From NCBI RefSeq assembly GCF_032444005.1, contig NC_091287.1, forward strand, positions 460,102,001-460,166,000: DNA of 64,000 bases, given 5' to 3'. Below the pieces are notes generated by a model that did no database searches, was not told the origin of the DNA, and saw only the letters and a list, made by a program, of their open reading frames with translations. The translations under genes were made by a program, and so were the position numbers. The number at the start of each line of letters is the position of its first letter. Positions within the stretch are counted from its first letter, which is position 1. Of the stretch, positions 30,575 through 40,991 are shown in pieces. The DNA comes from Ranitomeya imitator (lineage: Eukaryota).

Positions 30575-33160
30575 TAGAGTGCCATCCCTGTCTGTGTCAT
30601 CTCTCACTCAGTGGGCCATAGAAAGCCTATTTATTTTTTTGCTTGATTTGGGTTCTAAAATCTACCTGAAAAAATCACTACATCAATCAGTGGGAGAAAA
30701 ATATTGGCCTCAGGGCTTGTGTGCCACTCCTGACTCCTGTGTGTGCCATCTCTCACTCAGTGGGCCATAGAAAGCCTATTTATTTTTTTGCTTGATTTGG
30801 GTTCCAAAATCTACCTGAAAAAATCACAACATCAATCAGTGGGAGAAAAATATTGGCCTCAGGGCTTGTGTGCCACTCCTGACTCCTGTGTGTGCCATCT
30901 CTCACTCAGTGGGCCATAGAAAGCCTATTTATTTTTTTGCTTGATTTGGGTTCCAAAATCTACCTGAAAAAATCACAACATCAATCAGTGGGAGAAAAAT
31001 ATTGGCCTCAGGGCTTGTGTGCCACTCCTGACTCCTGTGTGTGCCATCTCTCACTCAGTGGGCCATAGAAAGCCTATTTATTTTTTTGCTTGATTTGGGT
31101 TCTAAATTCTACCTGAAAAAATCAATAAATCAATCAGTGGGAGATTAATATTGGCCTTTGGGCTTGTGTGCCAGTCCTAAGCGTGCCATCTCTCTCTCTC
31201 AGATAGTGGGCCATAGAAAGCCTATTTATTATTTTTTTTATTGGGTTTATAAATTTTCCCTGGAGAAAAAAAAAAAAAGTGGGAGATTAATATTGGCCTC
31301 TGGGCTTGTGTGCCAGTCCTGAGCGTGCCATCTCTCTCACAAATAGTGGGCCATAGAAAGCCTATTTTTTTTTTGGGTTGATTTTGGTTCTAAATTCTAC
31401 CTGAAAAAATCAATAAATCAATCAGTGGGAGATTAATATTGGCCTTTGGGCTTGTGTGCCAGTCCTAAGCGTGCCATCTCTCTCTCAGATAGTGGGCCAT
31501 AGAAAGCCTATTTATTATTTTTTTATTGGGTTTATAAATTTTCCCTGGAAAAAAAAAAAAAAGTGGGAGATTAATATTGGCCTCTGGGCTTGTGTGCCAG
31601 TCCTGAGCGTGCCATCTCTCTCACAAATAGTGGGCCATAGAAAGCCTATTTATTTTTTGGGTTGATTTGGGTTCTAAATTCTACCTGAAAAAATCAATAA
31701 ATCAATCAGTGGGAGATAAATATTGGCCTCTGGGCTTGTGTGCCACTCCTGACTCCTGTGTGCGTCATCTCTCACTCAGTGGGCCCTAGAAAGCCTATTT
31801 TTTGTTTTATTTGTTTTCTAAATTCTCCCTGAAAAAATCATTTTATTTTATTTGGTTTCTAAATTATTCCTGAAAAAATCATTTTTTTTGTATTTTTTTT
31901 TTCTAAAGTCTCCCTGAAAAAAAAAAAAAATCAAATCAGTGGGAGATTAATATTGCCCTTTCTGCTTGTGTGCCAGTCTTGACTCCTGGGTGTGCCATCT
32001 CTCTCTCTCCAATTGTGGGCCATAGAAAGCCTATTAATTTTTTTGCTTGATTTGGGTTCCAAAATCTACCTGAAAAAATCACTAAATCAATCAGTGGGAG
32101 ATAAATATTGGCCTCTGGGCTTGTGTGCCACTCCTGACTCCTGTGTGCGTCCTCTCTCACTCAGTGGGCCCTACAAAGCCTAATTTTTTTTTATTTGTTT
32201 TCTAAATTCTCCCTGAAACAATCATTTTATTTTATTTTGTTTCTAAATTCTTCCTGAAAAATTCATTTTTTTGTATTTTTTTTTTCTAAAGTCTCCCTGA
32301 AAAAAAAAAAAAAAATCAAATCAGTGGGAGATTAATATTGCCCTTTCTGCTTGTGTGCCAGTCTTGACTCCTGGGTGTGCCATCTCTCTCTCTCTCCAAT
32401 TGTGGGCCATAGAAAGCCTATTTATTTTTTTGCTTGATTTGGGTTCCAAAATCTACCTGAAAAAATCACTAAATCAATCAGTGGGAGATAAATATTGGCC
32501 TCTGGGCTTGTGTGCCACTCCTGACTCCTGTGTGCGTCATCTCTCACTCAGTGGGCCCTAGAAAGCCTATTTTTTGTTTTATTTGTTTTCTAAATTCTCC
32601 CTGAAAAAATCATTTTATTTTATTTGGTTTCTAAATTATTCCTGAAAAAATCATTTTTTTTGTATTTTTTTTTTCTAAAGTCTCCCTGAAAAGAAAAAAA
32701 AAAATCAAATCAGTGGGAGATTAATATTGCCCTTTCTGCTTGTGTGCCAGTCTTGACTCCTGGGTGTGCCATCTCTCTCTCTCTCTCCCATTGTGGGCCA
32801 TAGAAAGCCTATTTATTTTTTTGCTTGATTTGGGTTCCAAAATCTACCTGAAAAAATCACTAAATCAATCAGTGGGAGATAAATATTGGCCTCTGGGCTT
32901 GTGTGCCACTCCTGACTCCTGTGTGCGTCCTCTCTCACTCAGTGGGCCATAGAAAGCCTATTTTTTTTTAATTTGTTTTCTAAATTCTCCCTGAAACAAT
33001 CATTTCATTTTATTTGGTTTATAAATTCTTCCTTAAAAAATCATTTTTTTTTATTATTTTTTTTTCTTCTAAAGTCTCCCTGTTAAAAAAAAACAAACAA
33101 ATCAGTGGGAGATTAATATTTACATTTGCGCTTCAGTGACAGTCCTGCGTGTGTGGCATC
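30575..33160 (+). repeat. 149-bp tandem array with higher-order structure (~285-bp dimer x2, ~387-bp unit x3) in the hAT 5' region
   Basis: Anchor GTGGGCCATAGAAAGCC at ~30611, 30760, 30909 and 31058 (period 149), then spacings of about 140/146/138/149 and alternating ~238/149. Confidence 0.9.
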
Positions 33161-33327
33161 TCTCTCATTTGTTGCCACCAACAACAGAGTGTGTAACATT
33201 GTGCCTGATTTTCGTTGTGGTCTCACCCACCTGTAAAGGGGTAGCTAAATCATACTGAAGTTATAGCTCACCGTGTAAGTTGTGTGACAGCAACAAATAC
33301 CGTTAGTTTGGTAACGTTTTTAAAACA

Positions 33328-36300
33328 ATGAGGAAGTCTGGTGGAAGAGGTCGTGGCCGGGGGCGTTCATTGTCAGCTGGTAATGAGGGTAGTGGTAGTG
33401 GTGGAGCATCAGGTGGTCGTGGGAAAAAAAATATTGCACCTAAGTCTGGAGCTGTGGAGCCAGGTTCGTCGTCTGGCTACACAAGGCCTCGAACGCTCCC
33501 TTTTCTGGGAGTAGGAAAACCGCTTTTAAAGCCGGAGCAGCAAGAGCAAGTTTTGGCTTATCTTGCTGACTCAGCCTCTAGCTCTTTTGCCTCCTCTCGT
33601 GAAACTGGTAAAAGTAAAAGCAGCGCGTCGTTAGTGGATGTTCACGGTCAGGGACAAGTCGCTTCCTTGTCCTCTTCAGCAAAAACAACAACAGAGAAGA
33701 ATGCAGCAGACGACACAACGGGTTACTCCATGGAGCTCTTTACACATACCGTCCCTGGCTTAGAAAGTGAAGCAGTTAACAGTCCATGCCCATTACAAGT
33801 TGAATCTGACATAGAGTGCACTGATGCACAGCCACAGCCAGACTACTATGCTGGTCCTTTGACTCAGACCACAACATTGCCCTCGCAGGGTGCTGATCAA
33901 GAATCAGACCCTGATGAGACTATGTTGCCCCATCACGAACGCTATACCACCGACCGACACGGTGACACAGACGAAGTTGCACACGAGCTACAAGAAGAGG
34001 TAATAGATGACCCAGTTCTTGACCCCGATTGGCAGCCATTGGGGGAACAGGGTGCAGGCGGCAGCAGTTCTGAAGCGGAGGAGGAGGGGCCGCAGCAGGC
34101 ATCAACATCGCAACAGGTTCCATCTGCCGGGCCCGTATCTTGCCCAAAACGCGTGGCAAAGTCAAAACCTGTTGGAGGACAGCGTGGCCATCCGGTTAAA
34201 GCTCAGTCTGCAATGCCTGAAAAGGTATCCGATGCTAGAAAGAGTGCAGTCTGGCATTTTTTTAAACAACATCCAATTGATCAGCGCAAAGTCATCTGTC
34301 AAAAATGTTCAACTACCTTAAGCAGAGGGCAGAATCTCAAAAGTCTCAATACAAGTTGCATGCATAGACATTTAACCACCATGCATTTGCAAGCTTGGAC
34401 TAACTACCAAACGTCCCTTAAGGTTGTAGCACCCTCGGCCAATGAAGCTAGTCATCAACGCAACATCCCTTCCGGCAGTGTAGGGCCACCATTTTCTGCA
34501 CCACCTGCAGTATCTGTGCAGGTTTCTTTGCCAGGCCAAAGCAGTCAGGGTCAGGGAATCACCAGTTTCGTAGTAGGAAACACTGCATCTAGGGCACCGG
34601 CGGCAACAATACCATCTCCCACCGTCTCTCAGTCTGCCATGTCCACCGGCACCCCCGCTAGTTCCACGATCTCCAGCTCTCCAGTCCAGCTCACCCTACA
34701 TGACACTATGGTTAGAAAAAGGAAGTACTTAGCCTCGCATCCACGTACACAGGGTTTGAACGCCCACATAGCTAGACTAATCTCGTTAGAGATGATGCCC
34801 TACCGGTTAGTTGAAAGTGAAGCTTTCAAAGCCCTGATGGACTACGCTGTACCACGCTACGAGCTACCCAGTCGACACTTTTTTTCCAGAAAAGCCATCC
34901 CAGCCCTCCACCAGCATGTTAAAGAGCGCATCGTCCATGCACTCAGGCAATCTGTGAGCACAAAGGTGCACCTGACAACAGATGCATGGACCAGTAGGCA
35001 TGGCCAGGGACGTTACGTGTCCATCACGGCACACTGGGTAAATGTGGTGGATGCAGGGTCCACAGGGGACAGCAAGTTTGGGACAGTTCTGCCTAGCCCA
35101 CGGTCTAGGAAACAGTTGGCTGTAGCCGTTCGCACCCCCTCCTCCTCCTCCTCGTCCTCCTGCAGAAGCGAGACCTCGTCCACAGACCGCAGTCGCACAA
35201 CCACTCCATCCGCAGCTGCCACTGTTGCACACCAGGTCTCCCATTATGGGGCAGCTACTGGCAAACGTCAGCAGGCTGTATTGGCTATGAAGTGTTTGGG
35301 CGACAACAGACACACCGCGGAAGTTCTGTCCGAGTTCTTGCAGAAAGAAACGCAGTCGTGGCTGGGCACTGTAGATCTTGAGGCAGGCAAGGTAGTGAGT
35401 GATAACGGAAGGAATTTCATGGCTGCCATCTCCCTTTCCCAACTGAAACACATTCCTTGCCTGGCTCACACCTTAAACCTGGTGGTGCAGTGCTTCCTGA
35501 AAAGTTATCCGGGGTTATCCGACCTGCTCCTCAAAGTGCGTGGACTTTGCTCACATATCCGCCGTTCGCCCGTACACTCCAGCCGTATGCAGACCTATCA
35601 GCGTTCTTTGAACCTTTCCCAGCATCGCCTAATCATAGACGTTGCAACAAGGTGGAACTCAACACTGCACATGCTTCAGAGACTGTGTGAACAGAGGCGG
35701 GCTGTTATGTTTTTGTGGGAGGATACACATACACGGGCAGGCAGTAGGATGGCAGACATGGAGTTGTCAGGTGTGCAGTGGTCGAAGATTAAAGACATGT
35801 GTCAAGTCCTTCAGTGTTTTGAGGAATGCACACGGCTGGTTAGTGCAGACAACGCCATAATAAGCATGAGCATCCCCCTAATGCGTCTGCTGATGCAAAG
35901 TTTGACGCACATAAAGGATCAGGCGTCTGCAGCTGAGGAAGAGGAAAGCCTTGATGACAGTCAGCCATTGTCTGGCCAGGGCAGTGTACAGGACGAGGTA
36001 GCGGGCGAACAGGAGGAGGAGGACGAGGAGGATGATGGGGATGATTATATTTTTAATGAGGAAGCTTTTCCTGGGCCAGTGGAAATTGTTGGCGTGGCAA
36101 GGCCGGGTTCTGGTTTTTGGAGGGACACAAGTGACGTGGATTTGCCTGAAACTGCCCCTCAACCAAGCACAACCACAGATTTGAGAACTGGAACTTTGGG
36201 CCACATGGCGGATTATGCCTTACGTATCCTCAAAAGGGACACACGCATAACAAAAATGATGAACGATGACGATTACTGGTTGGCCTGCCTCCTTGATCCT

Positions 36301-36897
36301 CGCTATAAAGGCAAATTGCAAAATATAATGCCACATGAGAACTTGGAACTAATATTAGCAACCAAACAATCAACTCTTATTGACCGTTTGCTTCTGGCAT
36401 TCCCTGCACACAGCGCCCGTGATCGTTCTAACACGAGCTGCAGGGGCCAGCAGACCAGAGGTGTTAGAGGGGCAGAAATCAGAAGTGGCGTTGGCCAGAG
36501 GGGTTTTCTGACCAGGTTGTGGAGTGATTTTGCTATGACCGCAGACAGGACAGGTACTGCAGCATCAATTCAAAGTGACAGGAGACAACATTTGTCCAGT
36601 ATGGTTACTAACTATTTTTCATCCCTTATCGACGTTCTCCCTCAACCGTCATTCCCATTTGATTCCTGGGCATCAAAATTAGACACCTGGCCAGAATTGG
36701 CAGAATATGCATTGCAGGAGCTTGCTTGCCCGGCAGCTAGTGTCCTATCAGAAAGAGTATTCAGTGCTGCAGGTTCAATACTAACAGAAAAAAGGACTCG
36801 TCTGGCTACCCAAAATGTAGATGATCTAACCTTCATTAAAATGAACCACAACTGGATTTCGAAATCTTTTGCCCCACCTTGCCCGGGTGACACCTAG
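33328..36897 (+). CDS. hAT-family transposase, 1189 aa (BED zinc finger, DDE core, C-terminal dimerisation domain)
   Basis: VWHFF...CQKC...MHRHLTTMH (BED); HLTTDAWTS (D); VVSDNG (D); CLAHTLNL (CxxH); DVATRWNST; ACPAASVLSERVFS (E); basic GRGRGRGR N-terminus; no stops. Confidence 0.95.
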   Translation: MRKSGGRGRGRGRSLSAGNEGSGSGGASGGRGKKNIAPKSGAVEPGSSSGYTRPRTLPFLGVGKPLLKPEQQEQVLAYLADSASSSFASSRETGKSKSSASLVDVHGQGQVASLSSSAKTTTEKNAADDTTGYSMELFTHTVPGLESEAVNSPCPLQVESDIECTDAQPQPDYYAGPLTQTTTLPSQGADQESDPDETMLPHHERYTTDRHGDTDEVAHELQEEVIDDPVLDPDWQPLGEQGAGGSSSEAEEEGPQQASTSQQVPSAGPVSCPKRVAKSKPVGGQRGHPVKAQSAMPEKVSDARKSAVWHFFKQHPIDQRKVICQKCSTTLSRGQNLKSLNTSCMHRHLTTMHLQAWTNYQTSLKVVAPSANEASHQRNIPSGSVGPPFSAPPAVSVQVSLPGQSSQGQGITSFVVGNTASRAPAATIPSPTVSQSAMSTGTPASSTISSSPVQLTLHDTMVRKRKYLASHPRTQGLNAHIARLISLEMMPYRLVESEAFKALMDYAVPRYELPSRHFFSRKAIPALHQHVKERIVHALRQSVSTKVHLTTDAWTSRHGQGRYVSITAHWVNVVDAGSTGDSKFGTVLPSPRSRKQLAVAVRTPSSSSSSSCRSETSSTDRSRTTTPSAAATVAHQVSHYGAATGKRQQAVLAMKCLGDNRHTAEVLSEFLQKETQSWLGTVDLEAGKVVSDNGRNFMAAISLSQLKHIPCLAHTLNLVVQCFLKSYPGLSDLLLKVRGLCSHIRRSPVHSSRMQTYQRSLNLSQHRLIIDVATRWNSTLHMLQRLCEQRRAVMFLWEDTHTRAGSRMADMELSGVQWSKIKDMCQVLQCFEECTRLVSADNAIISMSIPLMRLLMQSLTHIKDQASAAEEEESLDDSQPLSGQGSVQDEVAGEQEEEDEEDDGDDYIFNEEAFPGPVEIVGVARPGSGFWRDTSDVDLPETAPQPSTTTDLRTGTLGHMADYALRILKRDTRITKMMNDDDYWLACLLDPRYKGKLQNIMPHENLELILATKQSTLIDRLLLAFPAHSARDRSNTSCRGQQTRGVRGAEIRSGVGQRGFLTRLWSDFAMTADRTGTAASIQSDRRQHLSSMVTNYFSSLIDVLPQPSFPFDSWASKLDTWPELAEYALQELACPAASVLSERVFSAAGSILTEKRTRLATQNVDDLTFIKMNHNWISKSFAPPCPGDT

Positions 36898-38129
36898 CTT
36901 TCCTATGTAAAGGTCTTGCCTGTGGACTATTCTGAACGACTTTTCCAATCTCGTAATTTGCAGCACCTGATTGTCCAGCATCCGACATGTTAACACCTCC
37001 CTAAATGGCCAAAGTCCCCACACGGGGCCGTGGTATCGCCACTTGGCGCCAGCACCCGTGAGAGTACTGTTTGTCTGAAGAGGTGGGTGTGCCCGTTTTG
37101 GTCGACGGCACTGCCACTAGGTCCCTCATAGTACAATAAAGTGTCTGGCGGTGGTGGTGCGCACCCAACGTCAGACACACCGTTGTAATATGAGGGGCCC
37201 TGGGCCTGTACCGCCGGCCACAAGACAGTCCCCCCCCCAGGTCAAACAGTGCTCTACCACTTGCAAAATTTTCTCTCACAGCTCCACCAATGTTTAGTCT
37301 ATGCGCTGACATCCTTCAATGCCTGGCACTGTCAATACCATTGTATTGACATTTTTCTTATGTTAGGCCTTCGAAGCCTGTCTGCGGTCACTCCTTCCAC
37401 TAGGCCTCCACTGACCTGTCTACTGCTGCCCGTGTTCCCCTGGAACCAATTGTAAATTGCCTACATCCCAATTTTTGTTACGTTAGGCCTTCGAAGCCTG
37501 TCTGCGGCCCGTTCTTTCCACTACTACTACACTGACCAGGCCACTGCTGCCCGTGTTCCCCTGGAACCAATTTTAAATTGCCTACAGCCAGCCCAATTTA
37601 TTATGTTAGGGCTTCGAAGCCTGTCTGCGGTCCCTCCTTCCACTAGGCCTCCACTGACCTGTCTACTGCTGCCCGTGTACCCCTTGAACCAACATCAGAA
37701 AATATAAAAATAAGTATTTTGCTTATAAAAAAGAAAATGCTGGAGAGATATCAAATGCAGACATTTTAACATTAAAAACAAACACATACAACAAAAATCT
37801 GGTACAGTACTACAAAATGGCCACCAGCTACAATAACTTTCTCCTGCAAGTAGTTAACTGAAAGTTTTTTTCAATTTAAAACACAGATATGGCATCCACC
37901 GAGTGTTGTCCTGTCGCGTCTTCTTTATATAATTGTCAAGAAGATGCAAAACAATGAAAATAATAAAATCATTATTTACCAAAAAAATAGAGTAAGTCAA
38001 AACCACATTGCAAATAAACATTCATTACAAATAAAGAAGCAGGGCGCGTCCGAGGGTGAGTATATACCTAATAAGAATATAATCACCCTCGGACGCGCCC
38101 TGCTTCTTTCCGACAGCCTTCCTTCCTAA

Positions 38130-39720
38130 GAATCAGCCCTTCCGTGGTGTAGAGAGAGGGTGTGTTACACTCCAAGGCCCAGGTTGCCTTTCCTGAGCTT
38201 CGATCTTCATGCTCTCGTTTAGTAGTTGTCGTAAAGTAGGCTGCATTAGGCCTACAAATTGGGTATGGGGTGGAGAGAGATGGTGTGTTACACTCCAAGG
38301 TGTTCCCCAGGTTTCCTTGCCATTGCTTCGGTCTTCAGACTCTCGTTTAGTAGTTGTACAAAACTACACTGCATTAGGCCTACAAAATGGGTATCGGGTG
38401 GAGAGAGATGGTGTGTTACACTCCAAGGTGTTCCCCAGGTTTCCTTGCCATTGCTTCGGTCTTCAGACTCTCATTTAGTAGTTGTACAAAACTACAGTGC
38501 ATTAGGCCTACAAAATGGGTATCGGGTGGAGAGAGATGGTGTGTTACACTCCAAGGTGTTCCCCAGGTTTCCTTGCCATTGCTTCGGTCTTCCGACTCTC
38601 GTTTAGTAGTTGTAGAAAACTACACTGCATTAGGCCTACAAAATGGGTATCGGGTGGAGAGAGATGGTGTGTTACACTCCAAGGTGTTCCCCAGGTTTCC
38701 TTGCCATTGCTTCGGTCTTCCGACTCTCGTTTAGTAGTTGTACAAAACTACAGTGCATTAGGCCTACAAAATGGGTATCGGGTGGAGAGAGATGGTGTGT
38801 TACACTCCAAGGTGTTCCCCAGGTTTCCTTGCCATTGCTTCGGTCTTCAGACTCTCGTTTAGTAGTTGTACAAAACTACACTGCATTAGGCCTACAAAAT
38901 GGGTATCGGGTGGAGAGAGATGGTGTGTTACACTCCAAGGTGTTCCCCAGGTTTCCTTGCCATTGCTTCGGTCTTCCGACTCTCGTTCAGTAGTTGTAGA
39001 AAACTACACTGCATTAGGCCTACAAAATGGGTATCGGGTGGAGAGAGATGGTGTGTTACACTCCAAGGTGTTCCCCAGGTTTCCTTGCCATTGCTTCGGT
39101 CTTCCGACTCTCGTTCAGTAGTTGTAGAAAACTACACTGCATTAGGCCTACAAAATGGGTATCGGGTGGAGAGAGATGGTGTGTTACACTCCAAGGTGTT
39201 CCCCAGGTTTCCTTGCCATTGCTTCGGTCTTCCGACTCTCGTTCAGTAGTTGTAGAAAACTACACTGCATTAGGCCTACAAAATGGGTATCGGGTGGAGA
39301 GAGATGGTGTGTTACACTCCAAGGTGTTCCCCAGGTTTCCTTGCCATTGCTTCGGTCTTCAGACTCTCGTTTAGTAGTTGTACAAAACTATACTGCATTA
39401 GGCCTACAAAATGGGTATCGGGTGGAGAGAGATGGTGTGTTACACTCCAAGGTGTTCCCCAGGTTTCCTTGCCATTGCTTCGGTCTTCCGACTCTCGTTC
39501 AGTACTTGTAGAAAACTACACTGCATTAGGCCTACAAAATGGGTATCGGGTGGAGAGAGATGGTGTGTTACACTCCAAGGTGTTCCCCAGGTTTCCTTGC
39601 CATTGCTTCGGTCTTCCGACTCTCGTTTAGTAGTTGTAGAAAACTACACTGCATTAGGCCTACAAAATGGGTATGGGGTGGAGAGAGATGGTGTGTTCCA
39701 CTCCAAGGTGTTCTCCAGGT
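38130..39720 (+). repeat. 128-bp homogeneous tandem array (about 12 units) in the hAT 3' region
   Basis: ORF-track starts recur every 128 bp (38259, 38387 ... 39539); units differ by only a few substitutions. Confidence 0.97.
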
Positions 39721-40991
39721 TGCCTTTCCTGAGCTTCTATCTTCAGGCTCTCGTTAAATTGTGGTTAAATGGAACAACTGCATTTGGCGTACTAGTTGGT
39801 TTGGGGCCTACTAACAGTGTCTGCCGCTCCTTGCTGTTCTCCTGGTTTCCTGTCCTGAAATTCCGTTTTCAGGCGCTCGTTAAGTAGTTGTTAATGTTAG
39901 ACTGCATTTGGCCTACTAGTTGGGTTGGGGCCTACTATCGGTGTCTGCCACTCCTTGCTGTTCTCCTCCACTGAACAAAGCTGTGCCGCCTGTTTACTAC
40001 GGTTGCCAATTTTGAACTGCATTTCGACTACTTACTGATTTGGGCCTACTCTCTGTGTCAGCCTCTCATTCCAGTTGTCCTCCACTGCAATGCCCCCTGG
40101 TTATTCCTGTGTTACCAATTTTGAACTGCATTTAGCCAACTTTATTCTTTGGGCCTATATCTGTGTTTCCTCCTCATCCTGCCCATTGCCCAGCCAGTGA
40201 TAGATGAGTCTGCTGGTACATTGACCCATAACGCAACATTCCCCGTGCACGCTACACAACAACATTGTGACCCTGCTGAAAGTCAGGTTGCTCTTCCCGC
40301 ATACCATACCACCTTACACGGGGACAAAGAGGAAGGTGCAGATGAAAGTGCAGGTTCCTTCATCAGGTGGGGGGAGGAATACTAGTTGGCGACGTCACTG
40401 GCACAGGGCCTCTCATAGTACGCAAAAGTGTTGCTGCCGGTGGGAGGCGCCCCCGCCGTGCAAACACACCGCTGTACTTTGAGGGGCCCTGTGCCAGTGC
40501 CAATGCCAACGAGTGGGCCCCCCCTGCTTGCTCAGGTTCACAGCACTTGCAAAGTTGAAATACTTACCTCTCCCTGCTCCACTGCCGTGACGTGGTCCAG
40601 ATTTCCTGGGCCCACTAATTACTTGAACCAGCCCTACCCACCACAACTTTAGCCAAATGACCCCCAATTTCAAATGCCTTCCAATTATTATAAGGTAAAT
40701 TACGCTTGACAAGCTTCATTAAGAAGAATGGATGGTTTTGACATTAAAATGGGCACTCTAGGTGTTTTCCTGGCCCCCACTCACTGCCGACTATGCTGCC
40801 CCATTGACTTGCATTGGGTTTCGTGTTTCGGTCGATCCCGACTTTACGTCATAATCGGCCGATTTCACTCGACCCGACTTTTGAGATAGTCGGGTTTCGC
40901 GAAACCCGGCTCGACTCTAAAAAGGTCAAGGTCACTCAACTCTAGCTATTAGTGCAGTGGGTCAGTTCATCTAGGAAAAAACAAGGTATAC

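Larger units (their letters stand above)
29814..40944 (+). mobile_element. Full-length, apparently autonomous hAT DNA transposon (11,131 bp)
   Basis: Perfect 8-bp TSD GCTATTAG (29806-29813, 40945-40952); TIR TAGGGTTGAGCGA vs TAGAGTTGAGTGA (reverse complement of right end); uninterrupted transposase ORF. Confidence 0.95.

Noticed and set aside
33328-36897. Domesticated ZBED-family host gene
   Set aside because: The ORF is flanked by TIRs and a perfect TSD, is nested in a young retroelement and has decayed relatives nearby, so it is a transposon gene. No gene symbol assigned.
38259-39887. Series of ~115-aa ORFs, or a CRISPR-like array
   Set aside because: These are products of a 128-bp head-to-tail repeat with no unique spacers; the context is eukaryotic and there are no cas genes. 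The same applies to the arrays at 8370-10125 and 30575-33160.
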